IMG/VR virus record: IMGVR_UViG_3300027782_000029
Coordinates: 64,001 to 128,000 of that record
Direction: 5' to 3' (one strand)
Source of the DNA: a virus
Lineage: Duplodnaviria > Caudoviricetes
Length of the DNA: 64,000 nt
Shown here: positions 18,871 through 28,770 of the stretch, piece by piece
Position numbering within the stretch: position 1 is the stretch's first letter
How the letters are laid out: each line of letters opens with the position of its first letter
Position numbers and translations under genes: made by a program
Notes under the pieces: model-generated
The model's input: only the letters and a program-made list of their open reading frames with translations
The model's database searches: none
What the model was told of the DNA's origin: nothing

Positions 18871-18944
18871 GGGCTCTTAGCTCAGTTGGTTAGAGCGCCG
18901 GACTCATAATCCGTTGGTCGTGGGTTCAAGTCCCACAGAGCCCA
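18871..18944 (+). tRNA. tRNA with CAT anticodon (Ile2- or elongator Met-type)
   Basis: GGGCTCT/AGAGCCC acceptor, CGGA-CTCATAA-TCCG, GGTTCAAGTCC. Confidence 0.85.
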
Positions 18945-18946
18945 CT

Positions 18947-19102
18947 ATGCTAAAAACTATTTTTATGTATATTTGGTTACTCTATATAGGGTTAACCGAA
19001 TCTTTATTCATACAATTCTTTGCAATATTAATCTTTTATGTTGCTTCTCGAATTGCTTATTCTCCTACAAAAAATTGGTATTACCCAGAACAGGACCAAT
19101 AA
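18947..19102 (+). CDS. small membrane protein
   Basis: ATG right after tRNA, hydrophobic. Confidence 0.45.
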   Translation: MLKTIFMYIWLLYIGLTESLFIQFFAILIFYVASRIAYSPTKNWYYPEQDQ

Positions 19103-19103
19103 A

Positions 19104-19367
19104 ATGCCTTACATTAAACAAGAAGACCGTGAGTTCTTTGACCAACGGTTGACATTTAAATCAACAGTGATTCATTCTGCTGGTGATCTTAATTATTGTA
19201 TCACCAAGCTAGTTGATCATTACATCACTGCTCATGGTAAGAATTATGCTAACATTAATGCTGCCATTGGAGCATTAGAATGTGCAAAGCTTGAGCTCTA
19301 TCGTCGTATAGTAGCTCCTTATGAAGATTCTAAAATACAGCAAAACGGAGATGCTTACACATTATGA
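19104..19367 (+). CDS. conserved phage protein (DUF6899-like)
   Basis: MPYIK..R...GDLNY.ITKL...Y...N..IGALECAKLELYRR..APYED.KI..NGD. Confidence 0.7.
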   Translation: MPYIKQEDREFFDQRLTFKSTVIHSAGDLNYCITKLVDHYITAHGKNYANINAAIGALECAKLELYRRIVAPYEDSKIQQNGDAYTL

Positions 19368-19549
19368 GCAACAAGATAAACGTTACAGCTAGAATAGATC
19401 GACCTTCCAAGGTCAACCATTCAGATACCAAAAGACAGTGTCACCACACTAACTGTAACACTCTTCTTTCTATATACAACTTTACAAACTATTGTTCTAC
19501 TCACGAACGTTATACTTTACCATTAAGTAAATTTATTTAAGGATTAATT

Positions 19550-20020
19550 ATGGGAATGGATGTTTATGGCATAATGCCAAAGAATCAACAGGGCGAATAC
19601 TTTCGGTCTAATGTTTGGTATTGGCACCCTTTATGGAATTGCTTAGAAGAACTTCATCCTGCTATTTGTGGCAGGTGTGAATCTCCCCATGATAATTCTG
19701 GTTCTGGATTAAACGCTAAAGATTCATCAGCTCTTTCTAAGCTTTTAAAAAAAGATTTAGAAAAAGGAATCATAGAAAAATATATTGCAGATTATCGTGC
19801 AGCTATTGAAGCTATACCTTTAGAGGATTGCAAATATTGCGATTCTAAAGGAACTCGAGACTGGCCTCAAGATGATGGCACAGTTAAAACTCAAGAGTGC
19901 AACTCTTGTAGTGGCACTCTAAAGGTTAAAACATCTCTCTCATGGTACTGCATGGATTTAGATCTTATGAAAGAATTTCAAGTCTTTCTTGAAAACTGTG
20001 GTGGATTTAGAATCCACTAA
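19550..20020 (+). CDS. conserved phage protein with Zn-finger (CxxC x2)
   Basis: MGMDVY..YFRSNVWYWHPLW; CKYC..CNSC. Confidence 0.65.
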   Translation: MGMDVYGIMPKNQQGEYFRSNVWYWHPLWNCLEELHPAICGRCESPHDNSGSGLNAKDSSALSKLLKKDLEKGIIEKYIADYRAAIEAIPLEDCKYCDSKGTRDWPQDDGTVKTQECNSCSGTLKVKTSLSWYCMDLDLMKEFQVFLENCGGFRIH

Positions 20021-20328
20021 GATTTAACTAGTAACCTTGTCTATTAACGCTGGTAGATAAGACTGCTAGTTAATTGATTTGGTAACACCGGCGCTTACTG
20101 GGACGTAACAGCGACAGTGTTACCAATAAGTTTGATAACAGCTAGAAAATTCAATCTTACTACGTGGTAAAACACAGAAATAAGCCAACTGAATTGCTGA
20201 CGGAAAAAGCAATGATCCTAGTGGTCCCCATATCGACCCCATTGCCTGTTGTCAATTACTCTGCTATAATAAGGATATTATGATATTAGATTTTCGAATA
20301 CGTGGCTTGTAGTATATTAATGCTGCAA

Positions 20329-20402
20329 GCCGAGTGGTCCGAACGGTATGACGGAAGAAACCTTATAAGTTTCCTGAACAGGTTCAATTCCTGTACTCGG
20401 TA
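20329..20402 (+). tRNA. tRNA-Ile(TAT)
   Basis: GCCGAGT/ACTCGGT acceptor, GAAAC-CTTATAA-GTTTC anticodon arm, ACAGG-TTCAATT-CCTGT T arm. Confidence 0.75.
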
Positions 20403-20448
20403 CTAAAAATATTCAAATCAAAATCTGACAAAATAACATTGGAGAACC

Positions 20449-21108
20449 ATGTCTTTTAACCACCTGTCGGATAACGATGACGACCTCTTTTCTGAGACAT
20501 CATCTATTCCACCATCCATTAAACTTCCTAATACTTCTACTACCGCTTCTTCTTTAGACGACTTTCGTTCTATAATTGAGAGTGCAGATATAGATGAAGA
20601 GAAGATTGGCTCTATGTTAATGCGGTCTAAGCTAGCATTAACTCTTTATGAAAGTGCCAATACTTTTATATTTCAAACAAATGCCTATGCCCGCACAACT
20701 TTTAATACTTTAAATTCTCTTACTGACGGAAACTTTCAATACAATCTTTATTGTGACATTCTTGAGGAGTCTATTTTTCGGAGAATGTTAATTATTGATT
20801 TTGTTAACGCAATAACAGAACAAACTGATGAAGATATTTTTAAGAAAATTTCTGAGATATTTAAGATTGAAATGGATGAAAGATTTGTATCTACATACTT
20901 TCATTCAATGCGTAAGATCTTAAACTTTGTCATTATTGACAGTATTGAACTTTATAAAAAAGTTTGTTCTCTATGTAATCGTGAACCAAGTTCTGCCCTT
21001 ATTGAACAGCACACTGGTTCAGCAAAAGACTACCTTTCTTCTGACACATATATCAACAGCATATTTGCTAACATTAGAAAATCTAATGGTCATGGATATA
21101 AGTCGTGA
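20449..21108 (+). CDS. hypothetical protein
   Basis: GGAG RBS, ORF. Confidence 0.65.
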   Translation: MSFNHLSDNDDDLFSETSSIPPSIKLPNTSTTASSLDDFRSIIESADIDEEKIGSMLMRSKLALTLYESANTFIFQTNAYARTTFNTLNSLTDGNFQYNLYCDILEESIFRRMLIIDFVNAITEQTDEDIFKKISEIFKIEMDERFVSTYFHSMRKILNFVIIDSIELYKKVCSLCNREPSSALIEQHTGSAKDYLSSDTYINSIFANIRKSNGHGYKS

Positions 21109-21500
21109 CTTTAATAAAAGTTACTCAAGAATATATTCATCATCAACAGTATGTAAATACTTCTATAGCATCTTGGAAAGATAAAGCTTCTTGTCTTTCT
21201 ACTTCTGAGATTGAAGATTTTTTTCATACTAAAGAATCTATACTGCGTTCACTTTCTAAGAGATACTGTCAAGGTTGCCCAGTTCAATTCTATTGCCTTT
21301 ACACTTCTTTGGTTAACCAAGAAGCTTATGGTCTTTGGGGTGGATTAACTCCAAAACAGAGAAAAACATATTTTAAATACATTTTAAATATAGCTGCACA
21401 ACAAGGCCTTAATACTAAAACTTGGTCTACACAATTAGACTTACTTATAAAAAAATATTCTAACACTGAAGAATTAATTTCTGTTATGAATCCATACTAA
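21105..21500 (+). CDS. whiB: second WhiB-like protein
   Basis: WKDKASC...DFF...YCQGCPVQFYCL...YGLWGGLTPKQR. Confidence 0.85.
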   Translation: MTLIKVTQEYIHHQQYVNTSIASWKDKASCLSTSEIEDFFHTKESILRSLSKRYCQGCPVQFYCLYTSLVNQEAYGLWGGLTPKQRKTYFKYILNIAAQQGLNTKTWSTQLDLLIKKYSNTEELISVMNPY

Positions 21501-21513
21501 TAAAAGGTAAATT

Positions 21514-21912
21514 ATGGACATATATCCTGAGAAGATACCATCTTCTTCCAAATCTTTAAATTCTTTTTATTTTAATCTTGACTCCTCAAAGCACGTCAAG
21601 AAAGAAATAGAAAACCACCTTAGCATACTCAATGATCGAATTGATAAAATTGTAGATCATTTTACTTTAGAGGATATGCCTGTTATTAAGTTCATTCTTA
21701 ATATCAGTGAGAATCGTGAAGATCTGAAAAAAGTTGGCAAAGCCTTAGACCGTGTTGCCGATCTTATTGAAGCTCGTAATGACCTTCTTCCCAAGCTTAA
21801 GATTATTGAACTTGCTGAAAAAGATCCCAATTGGTTTGCTTTAACCTTTGGAGATTTTTCTGTAAACTTAGATTTAGAATTAGATAATATATTAGGAGAC
21901 TTAGATGTCTGA
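21514..21912 (+). CDS. hypothetical protein
   Basis: ORF. Confidence 0.6.
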   Translation: MDIYPEKIPSSSKSLNSFYFNLDSSKHVKKEIENHLSILNDRIDKIVDHFTLEDMPVIKFILNISENREDLKKVGKALDRVADLIEARNDLLPKLKIIELAEKDPNWFALTFGDFSVNLDLELDNILGDLDV

Positions 21913-23740
21913 TACTTTTAACTACTCACTCGTTGCTACAGAGGAAGGTGCTTTCACTGTTCGTTCAACTGTTAAATCTTTTAACCTTGACCATGTCACA
22001 GATAAAGATATTGTATCTTTTTATAAAAACTTTTCACAGTATGCTTCTTTTGATACAGGCCTCATGCCTCTTGATGGGACTGGCGTTCTAGCCATTAGAA
22101 CAGCTGGCCCTCATACTCAAGTTGTTACCCAACATAAGCCTGGCATGTATCACCTTAACTGGGGTTCATACGAAGGTGACTCTAGTGCTAAAGCATACTA
22201 TGTTGCTCAGCCTTATCGAATTGTAGTTGGTGACTTTAAAAATGGTAACCTTCTTGGCGCAAAAATGTTTTATTCGCCAGTTCCAATTACCTCTCCTGAT
22301 AATCAACTCTATCATGTTAATCTTCCAAACATTAACTGCAAAGGTTACCGTGGCAATGCTGTAGGTTGGATATGCTTGTATCTTAAAGATGATTGGTCAG
22401 CCCTTCCTTTCAACGAAAAGATCAGTCGCTTTATTGAACGCTGCTCTGGTGTTGAAACATACAACGATGCCAATATGTCAGAAACTGACGGTGCTCGCTT
22501 TTATCAAAAAGCTGGCAAACCAGAATACTTCTGGGATCCATCTGTATGGCAAACTAGGTCAGCCGAAGATGGCTACAATTGGACTTTAGATTCTGATCTT
22601 TTAATTCCTGTTAAAGTAAAAGATATGGACGATCAAGGTCAACATGATGACAATGGAGTTCCATTAACTCTTGCTATGGCTATGCTTGGCAACTATCAAG
22701 CATACTATTCTGACGGTGAACACACCAAAATGTACAATAAGATTTCTCGTTCTGATATGGAACTTAAAAATTCTGAAATTGCTACTTTTATTAAAGCTTC
22801 TTTTGCTTCTGCTCCAGTAACATATACTCATCAGAACAAAGATAATCCTTATGATTTTACTATAGCCCATCGTGAACAAAATGGTTCTGCAACCCTTGAT
22901 ACTTCTAAGCTCTGGGTTGCTAATAATGAAGATGAGAGCGAAGATGAGAACACATGGATTTGCAACCATTGTGAGGAAATAATGACAGAAGAAGATCCTG
23001 TTTGGGATGCACACGATAACTCTCTTTGTCTTTACTGCTTAGAGAGTCACTATGTTCTTATTCCTTCTGTCGAAAAGTATTACAATCAAGAAGATGACAA
23101 CGTTGTATACATAGAGTCTACTGATTCTTGGTACCATACTGCTCACGATACAATCATTGAATGCTCTTCTTGTGATGATGAGTATGCAATGAGTGGCAAT
23201 GGGATCATGCAGCTTCATACTGTTCAAGCTAAATTCCATAGACTTCAAGACTTGTCTTTAGTTTGTCCAACTTGCTTTACTAAAGATATAGTACAAAATG
23301 AACTTGATACTGCTGAATGTCTTTCGTGTCATAAACTTGTTGTTACATCTACTGGATGGCAATCTGTTTATCCTACATTGAAGACAGTAGATATTAACAT
23401 TGATGATCCAAATAACTCTACTTCAGAATATGTTTCATTCTGCGATTCTTGTGCTCCTAACTTCTTTGTTTGCCCTTGTGGCTTAATTAAAGATAAAGCA
23501 CAAACCCAATTTGGTTCTTGCACTCCTACTCCAATTGATTCATTTGATGATTCTGTTTCCTTAGCCGTTACAGCTTGCTGTGGTGGCTGCTTAGGAAATG
23601 TAACTGAAAATAGCGGTGGAATGATGGTTGCACACTTTGAGCCTAATATTCCAGCTTTTGTTGAAATAGTTGCAAAACACAAACTTTATCCTGGCATTAA
23701 TTCTATTAATGTCCAACCACTTGGCGATGATCCCTTTTAA
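21905..23740 (+). CDS. prokaryotic E2 family D (PRTRC protein B)-like protein with C-terminal Cys-rich repeats
   Basis: YYVAQPYRIVV...LYHVNLPNINC...GWICL; multiple CxxC pairs downstream. Confidence 0.6.
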   Translation: MSDTFNYSLVATEEGAFTVRSTVKSFNLDHVTDKDIVSFYKNFSQYASFDTGLMPLDGTGVLAIRTAGPHTQVVTQHKPGMYHLNWGSYEGDSSAKAYYVAQPYRIVVGDFKNGNLLGAKMFYSPVPITSPDNQLYHVNLPNINCKGYRGNAVGWICLYLKDDWSALPFNEKISRFIERCSGVETYNDANMSETDGARFYQKAGKPEYFWDPSVWQTRSAEDGYNWTLDSDLLIPVKVKDMDDQGQHDDNGVPLTLAMAMLGNYQAYYSDGEHTKMYNKISRSDMELKNSEIATFIKASFASAPVTYTHQNKDNPYDFTIAHREQNGSATLDTSKLWVANNEDESEDENTWICNHCEEIMTEEDPVWDAHDNSLCLYCLESHYVLIPSVEKYYNQEDDNVVYIESTDSWYHTAHDTIIECSSCDDEYAMSGNGIMQLHTVQAKFHRLQDLSLVCPTCFTKDIVQNELDTAECLSCHKLVVTSTGWQSVYPTLKTVDINIDDPNNSTSEYVSFCDSCAPNFFVCPCGLIKDKAQTQFGSCTPTPIDSFDDSVSLAVTACCGGCLGNVTENSGGMMVAHFEPNIPAFVEIVAKHKLYPGINSINVQPLGDDPF

Positions 23741-23781
23741 TTCAATACAAAACACTGAACCCAAATATATCGGAGATATTA

Positions 23782-25410
23782 ATGGACACTGAAAATATAA
23801 CATACATGGATGTTAAGTTAGAAGATCTAACTTACTTCTGGACTAAATCTGGAGTCCCCTGCTTCATGGCTAACAGGGAAAACATTGAGGAAGAAATTGA
23901 ATTCCTCGGATTCAATATTTATTATCTCATATGTAACGTTGCAGAAAGTCGCAAGGTCGAGCACAAGGCTAAAACTAATCCTTACGTTGCACCTTGGACC
24001 GAAACTGTTACTGACTACAATAGCAGCATTGTAAAAGTTGTTAATAACTTTGTTGGTCGTTCTGTAAGCGTAGTTGAAAACGAAGACATTTACGACTTTG
24101 AAGCAGTTCGTGTTGAGGCAGAGTATTCTCTTCCTCCAATTCCTAAAGTAATTATAGATAAGCTTGATGAGTTCTTCCGACTTGTCGATGCTCAGCACGG
24201 TACTGAATCTATTGTTCTATTGACCTTTGATCCAAACTTTGAAGGCACTTCTCAAGGTTGGGGAGTCCTAGTCCCTGAGCAAACTAATACTTCAGTTCAC
24301 TGTAAGTATGAAGCCGATAGCATTGTAGATCAGAAGCCAGATCATGTACTCATTGTTGGCTCTGTCCATAGTCATCCTAAGATGGCAGCATATGCCTCTG
24401 GGACCGACCATGCTGACCAAGCAGACTTTGATGGTGTCCATATAACCTATGGTTGGCAATCTTCTGTTAACAACGGCGCAACTCAGTATCACATCGAGCT
24501 TCAGATGGCTGGAACAGCCTATACTCTTAAGCCTGAAGATGTTTTTGAATCGTTCACAATAACCAAAGACCCTGATCCAGAGGTTGTTGCTTGGACTGAT
24601 AAAGTAAAAAAAGTACTCCCCCCTATAGCGGGGGGTTCGGTTACTCAGGTGGCACAGTCTACGCCACTCCAGCCAGCAACTCAACAGCGGGTCTATACGC
24701 CAGCTGGTACGATTAAGGGAGACTCTCGGCTTCAGGAGCTTCCTGAACTAAAAGACGTTGATCCGTACATTATTATAGCTGAAGTTGATTATTCTGATAA
24801 AGATGCAGAATGTTTATCCTGTTCTTATCCTTTTACTCTTGCTGAAATGCTTGTTAATATTTGTCCTAATTGCGACATTCTAATGTGCGATCTTCAATCT
24901 TCTTATTCAGAAATATTGATGTCTGGTGCTCGATATCTTCGTGAACGCAAAAAAGATCCAAATGTTAATTATTATCTTTGGATTAAAAATGATAACAGTG
25001 AAGACGCTCTTTTGCGCATAGCTGATAAGTCTGATGATTATATTCCCAATTTAATTACTGATTCTCAAATTGAAATTGAAGAGCTTGATAATTTTTATTA
25101 TCAGGGATTTGACGAAGGATTTACAGTTTGCTGTAATATTCCTGTAGAAGATGCATATAGGTGCATCTGTCTTAACACTGTCCTTTACTCTGATGTTATG
25201 GATTTTGATCAGGCTCATCCATATGATGTCTATGACAGAAATGCTGGATGTCTTAATTGTGAATATTATTATTCAAAGAGTTGTGAGCCATACTTTAAGT
25301 CTATCTTAGAGTTTGCCTCTACAAAAACACCAATTCAAAATCCCATTAAAGAATGTAAAGATTTTTCACCATTCTCTAACATAGCATACGAAGGTTCATA
25401 TTATGAGTAA
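23782..25410 (+). CDS. JAB/MPN deubiquitinase-like metalloprotease with Cys-rich C-terminus
   Basis: TESIVLL...GSVHSHPKMAAYASGTDHADQ (E...HSH...S..D). Confidence 0.85.
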   Translation: MDTENITYMDVKLEDLTYFWTKSGVPCFMANRENIEEEIEFLGFNIYYLICNVAESRKVEHKAKTNPYVAPWTETVTDYNSSIVKVVNNFVGRSVSVVENEDIYDFEAVRVEAEYSLPPIPKVIIDKLDEFFRLVDAQHGTESIVLLTFDPNFEGTSQGWGVLVPEQTNTSVHCKYEADSIVDQKPDHVLIVGSVHSHPKMAAYASGTDHADQADFDGVHITYGWQSSVNNGATQYHIELQMAGTAYTLKPEDVFESFTITKDPDPEVVAWTDKVKKVLPPIAGGSVTQVAQSTPLQPATQQRVYTPAGTIKGDSRLQELPELKDVDPYIIIAEVDYSDKDAECLSCSYPFTLAEMLVNICPNCDILMCDLQSSYSEILMSGARYLRERKKDPNVNYYLWIKNDNSEDALLRIADKSDDYIPNLITDSQIEIEELDNFYYQGFDEGFTVCCNIPVEDAYRCICLNTVLYSDVMDFDQAHPYDVYDRNAGCLNCEYYYSKSCEPYFKSILEFASTKTPIQNPIKECKDFSPFSNIAYEGSYYE

Positions 25411-26149
25411 TCCTAAAAGAGTTGTAATGGTCGGTGCTGGTGGTATCGGCACTTGGCTTGCATCAGGAGTCGTTAGACTTCTTGAGTGGAAGTTTCCTGG
25501 TTCTGCTTTGATCATCGTTGATGGTGATCACTATGAAGCTAAGAACCTTGAACGTCAAGACTTTAGTCAGATGGGCAATAAAGCTTCTGTTAAAGCTTTA
25601 GAGCTTTCTAAACAGTTTAGTAGCACTATGATCATTCCAATCCCTAAGTGGGTTGTTTCTGATGATCATCCTGATGTTGATGAAGAAGCTGGCAAAATTA
25701 AAGCTTCTCAGTTAATTACTGAAGGTGACATAGTCCTTGCTGTTGTTGATAACTTCTCTGCTCGTAAAATTCTTTTCGATGCAGCCTCAAAGCTCGACAA
25801 CGTAGATGTTTTTACTGGTGGTAATGACGATAACCTATTTGGTAGTCTTTATCATTATCAGCGTCGCAATGGACAAGATGTCACTGCACATCCAGTAGAG
25901 ACACATCCTGAATACCAGAACCCACCTGATCGTAATCCTGGCGAGATGTCTTGCCAAGAACGCGCAGAGGTCGAAGGTGGAACTCAAATCTTAGCAACTA
26001 ATATGGCAGTTGCTGCATTTATTCTTGGTCGGATCCAGCACACGCTTGTTTCCAATCAAAATCCTGAACAATCAGAGATCTACTTTGATCTTGGATTGGG
26101 CATGGCTCAACCATACAACCGTATGGTCAACACATTAATATCAATATAG
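25403..26149 (+). CDS. ThiF/E1-like ubiquitin-activating enzyme
   Basis: VGAGGIGT, IVDGDHYEAKNLERQ, NKASVKA, VDNFSAR, GGND, SCQE. Confidence 0.9.
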   Translation: MSNPKRVVMVGAGGIGTWLASGVVRLLEWKFPGSALIIVDGDHYEAKNLERQDFSQMGNKASVKALELSKQFSSTMIIPIPKWVVSDDHPDVDEEAGKIKASQLITEGDIVLAVVDNFSARKILFDAASKLDNVDVFTGGNDDNLFGSLYHYQRRNGQDVTAHPVETHPEYQNPPDRNPGEMSCQERAEVEGGTQILATNMAVAAFILGRIQHTLVSNQNPEQSEIYFDLGLGMAQPYNRMVNTLISI

Positions 26150-26162
26150 ACGGAGAAGTAAA

Positions 26163-26414
26163 ATGGAACTTACATCTAACCAAAATAACCCACAATCATC
26201 AAGTAGCGTAGCTAACGTTCGTTACGGAGTTTATAATCAGCCAGCTCCAGTTTCTGGTAAAACAGTTGCTGAAGTACGTGAGCAGTTCAGCAAGCTCTGG
26301 GGCATCAGCTCTGACGCAATTGCTTACAAGGGCAAAGACAAGCTTGACGAAAGCTATGTCATTCAAGCTAACGACAATGTTGAATTTCATCGCCGTGCTG
26401 GCGAAAAGGGCTAA
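26163..26414 (+). CDS. ubiquitin-like protein (PRTRC protein C-like)
   Basis: Beta-grasp-like pattern, C-terminus EFHRRAGEKG. Confidence 0.75.
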   Translation: MELTSNQNNPQSSSSVANVRYGVYNQPAPVSGKTVAEVREQFSKLWGISSDAIAYKGKDKLDESYVIQANDNVEFHRRAGEKG

Positions 26415-26428
26415 TTTATTTAGTACCC

Positions 26429-26480
26429 CACAAGATCGTGGGGGAGATTTTGAGCTAAAATTCATACTCTCCCCCACAAC
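26429..26480 (+). terminator. stem-loop after Ubl gene
   Basis: GTGGGGGAGA...TCTCCCCCAC inverted repeat. Confidence 0.5.
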
Positions 26481-26536
26481 ATTGTCTTTTTTATAAAGGC
26501 TATAGATTATTTTATAATTATATAAACGGAGCAAAA

Positions 26537-28141
26537 GTGCTTTTTCAGCAAATACAATTGGGCATTCCAGCGATATGGGTTAAGACTACTGACCCGTATC
26601 GCCTAGAAGAAAATATTACTTCTTATGCCAAAAGAGAATACTTTACTATTAATCACGAAGGCTTCTCTAAGTACGTAGACGGCAAATGGAAACCAATTCT
26701 TGTTTCTATTGATCATCCAGAAATTCCAGGTGAGAAGATAGTTAAAACTACTTCTGACCTTAGTCTTTCTTTTGACTATATGTTAAACTCAGAAGAAACT
26801 AAAAACAAATCTAAAACATTTATCCATCATCTTGTTGGAGACCCTGCTGAATTTTCTGTTCAGTTTGCAGGATTGATTTCTTCATTACATTCTCAATATC
26901 GTTCTTCTTTTAAGAATGATGATCTTAACTCAATGCCTCTTCAAATGATTGTATTGTCTGCTGCTCCAGTCCCTGAGCCTATTGCACACATGTTCTATGT
27001 TCACGAAGATCTTTATCCTACTATTCATGAGCTTCATGAAATACTTCATCACATACATGTTTCTACTAATGGCGAAGTTATTGATTCTGCAAAAGCTAAA
27101 GAGATTGCTAATGCTGGCCTTGGATTGAGTGAATCTAAATTCATTAATTTGTGTCTTATGTCTATTCTTGATAAAGGCACTATTGATTCTGCTTATGTTT
27201 ACGAAGCTAAAATGCTTAATGTTAAAAAGAATGGTATTCTTGAGATCATTAAGCCTAAGATTACGTTTGACCAAATTGGTGGTCTTGACAATATTAAAAC
27301 TGTTATTATGCGTAATCTTTATTTTTGGAACAATCCCCAAGAAGCCGAAAAGTTTGGCATTCAACCTATTCGTCGTATGCTAACTGTTGGCATACCTGGC
27401 ACTGGCAAGTCTGCTATATGCGAGGCTACTGCTAGTGCTCTTGGCTTAGACCTAGCTCGCACTGGCGTGAGTCAAGTAATGAATTCATTCATTGGTCAGT
27501 CAGAGCAAAACATGCGTGCAGTCTTTCAACAAATTAAAGTTATGGCTCCACTTTGTGTTTGGATTGACGAGTTTGGTCGTGACATGTCTGGTGGTCAAAG
27601 CTCATCTCACGTAGACGGTGGTACTACCGATCGTGTTCATGGTGAGTTTCTTACGGGCCTTCAAGAGCTTCCTAACGATGTATTCTTAATGTGTGCTGCT
27701 AATCAGCTGAACCACCTTAAGCCAGAGATGCTTCGTGCAGAACGATTTGATAAAATATTCTTTGTTGGTCTACCCTCTATTGAAGAGCGTGTAGAGATTA
27801 TTAAAATTTATCTTCCTGAAGATGGATTTAACTATGATGCTATAGCAGAAGCTACCAAGTATTTTACTGGTGCTGAGATTAAATCTTTAGTTAAAGAAGT
27901 TAAATTTAATATTGTTTCTGCAGAACACCGTCAGTTGAATACTTCTGACGTGATAAAGGCTGCTCCTCATATGCGTAATATTCTTTGGAATAAAGAACGT
28001 GATATGATTAAAGACCTTTATCGCTATGCATATGAGAACTGGGACTGGGCTTCCAGTTTCCAGTATAATGAAATAGATGATATACTATCTACACAAACTA
28101 AAACTAAAGCTAAATCTGACTCCTGGTCAATTAAAGGATAG
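26537..28141 (+). CDS. AAA+ ATPase (Ycf46/Cdc48-like)
   Basis: FDQIGGL, GIPGTGKS, WIDE, AANQ, LRAERFD. Confidence 0.9.
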   Translation: MLFQQIQLGIPAIWVKTTDPYRLEENITSYAKREYFTINHEGFSKYVDGKWKPILVSIDHPEIPGEKIVKTTSDLSLSFDYMLNSEETKNKSKTFIHHLVGDPAEFSVQFAGLISSLHSQYRSSFKNDDLNSMPLQMIVLSAAPVPEPIAHMFYVHEDLYPTIHELHEILHHIHVSTNGEVIDSAKAKEIANAGLGLSESKFINLCLMSILDKGTIDSAYVYEAKMLNVKKNGILEIIKPKITFDQIGGLDNIKTVIMRNLYFWNNPQEAEKFGIQPIRRMLTVGIPGTGKSAICEATASALGLDLARTGVSQVMNSFIGQSEQNMRAVFQQIKVMAPLCVWIDEFGRDMSGGQSSSHVDGGTTDRVHGEFLTGLQELPNDVFLMCAANQLNHLKPEMLRAERFDKIFFVGLPSIEERVEIIKIYLPEDGFNYDAIAEATKYFTGAEIKSLVKEVKFNIVSAEHRQLNTSDVIKAAPHMRNILWNKERDMIKDLYRYAYENWDWASSFQYNEIDDILSTQTKTKAKSDSWSIKG

Positions 28142-28770
28142 TGCACATGGACATTCACACAAGTATAGATGAAATGATTGAGAACCTTGGTTCTGAAAAT
28201 GAAGTTTCTGATGACAAGCCAAAGTATAACAATACACTTTACAAAAAATGGTTTAAATCAAAAAGCCAAAGTGGCTTTGTATCCATTCGTCCCTGGTTTC
28301 AGGGAATGAAGTTTAATGTTGATATTGGCAAGACTTCCCCTGCTGGCAAACTTGAAAGTAGCACCAACTGTTTCGTAGATGCAGTTGATTTTGCTGCCTA
28401 CCTACGTTCAATTTCTAACGGTACTGCAGTTGTTAACTTTCCTGCTAATGAACGCCTTGGCATTCCAACTCCAGAATCATTTGTTTCTTATGGAGGAGCT
28501 ACTGTTAACAATCAAGTAATCAGTAGAATCTTTAAGGTTCAATACTGGCAGTCTGGTGACAATATTGATACCTCTGCTTTCAACTGGAAGGTTGGCCATT
28601 TCAAGGCTCGCAAATCTGACAGTGGTGCTTTTATTCCTGATATGAAATCACCTCTATCTGTTGATTCTATTAAAGTTACTCGTCAGGACATTGTAAGCAT
28701 TTCTTATCTTCTTGATCTTTCTTTGAACTCTTACACTGTCAACAATACAGATTGGTATGACGCGCAATGA
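28141..28770 (+). CDS. hypothetical protein
   Basis: ORF. Confidence 0.65.
   Translation: MHMDIHTSIDEMIENLGSENEVSDDKPKYNNTLYKKWFKSKSQSGFVSIRPWFQGMKFNVDIGKTSPAGKLESSTNCFVDAVDFAAYLRSISNGTAVVNFPANERLGIPTPESFVSYGGATVNNQVISRIFKVQYWQSGDNIDTSAFNWKVGHFKARKSDSGAFIPDMKSPLSVDSIKVTRQDIVSISYLLDLSLNSYTVNNTDWYDAQ

Noticed and set aside
18914-18946. N-terminal extension of ORF 18914-19102
   Set aside because: Overlaps the CAT tRNA; start moved to 18947.
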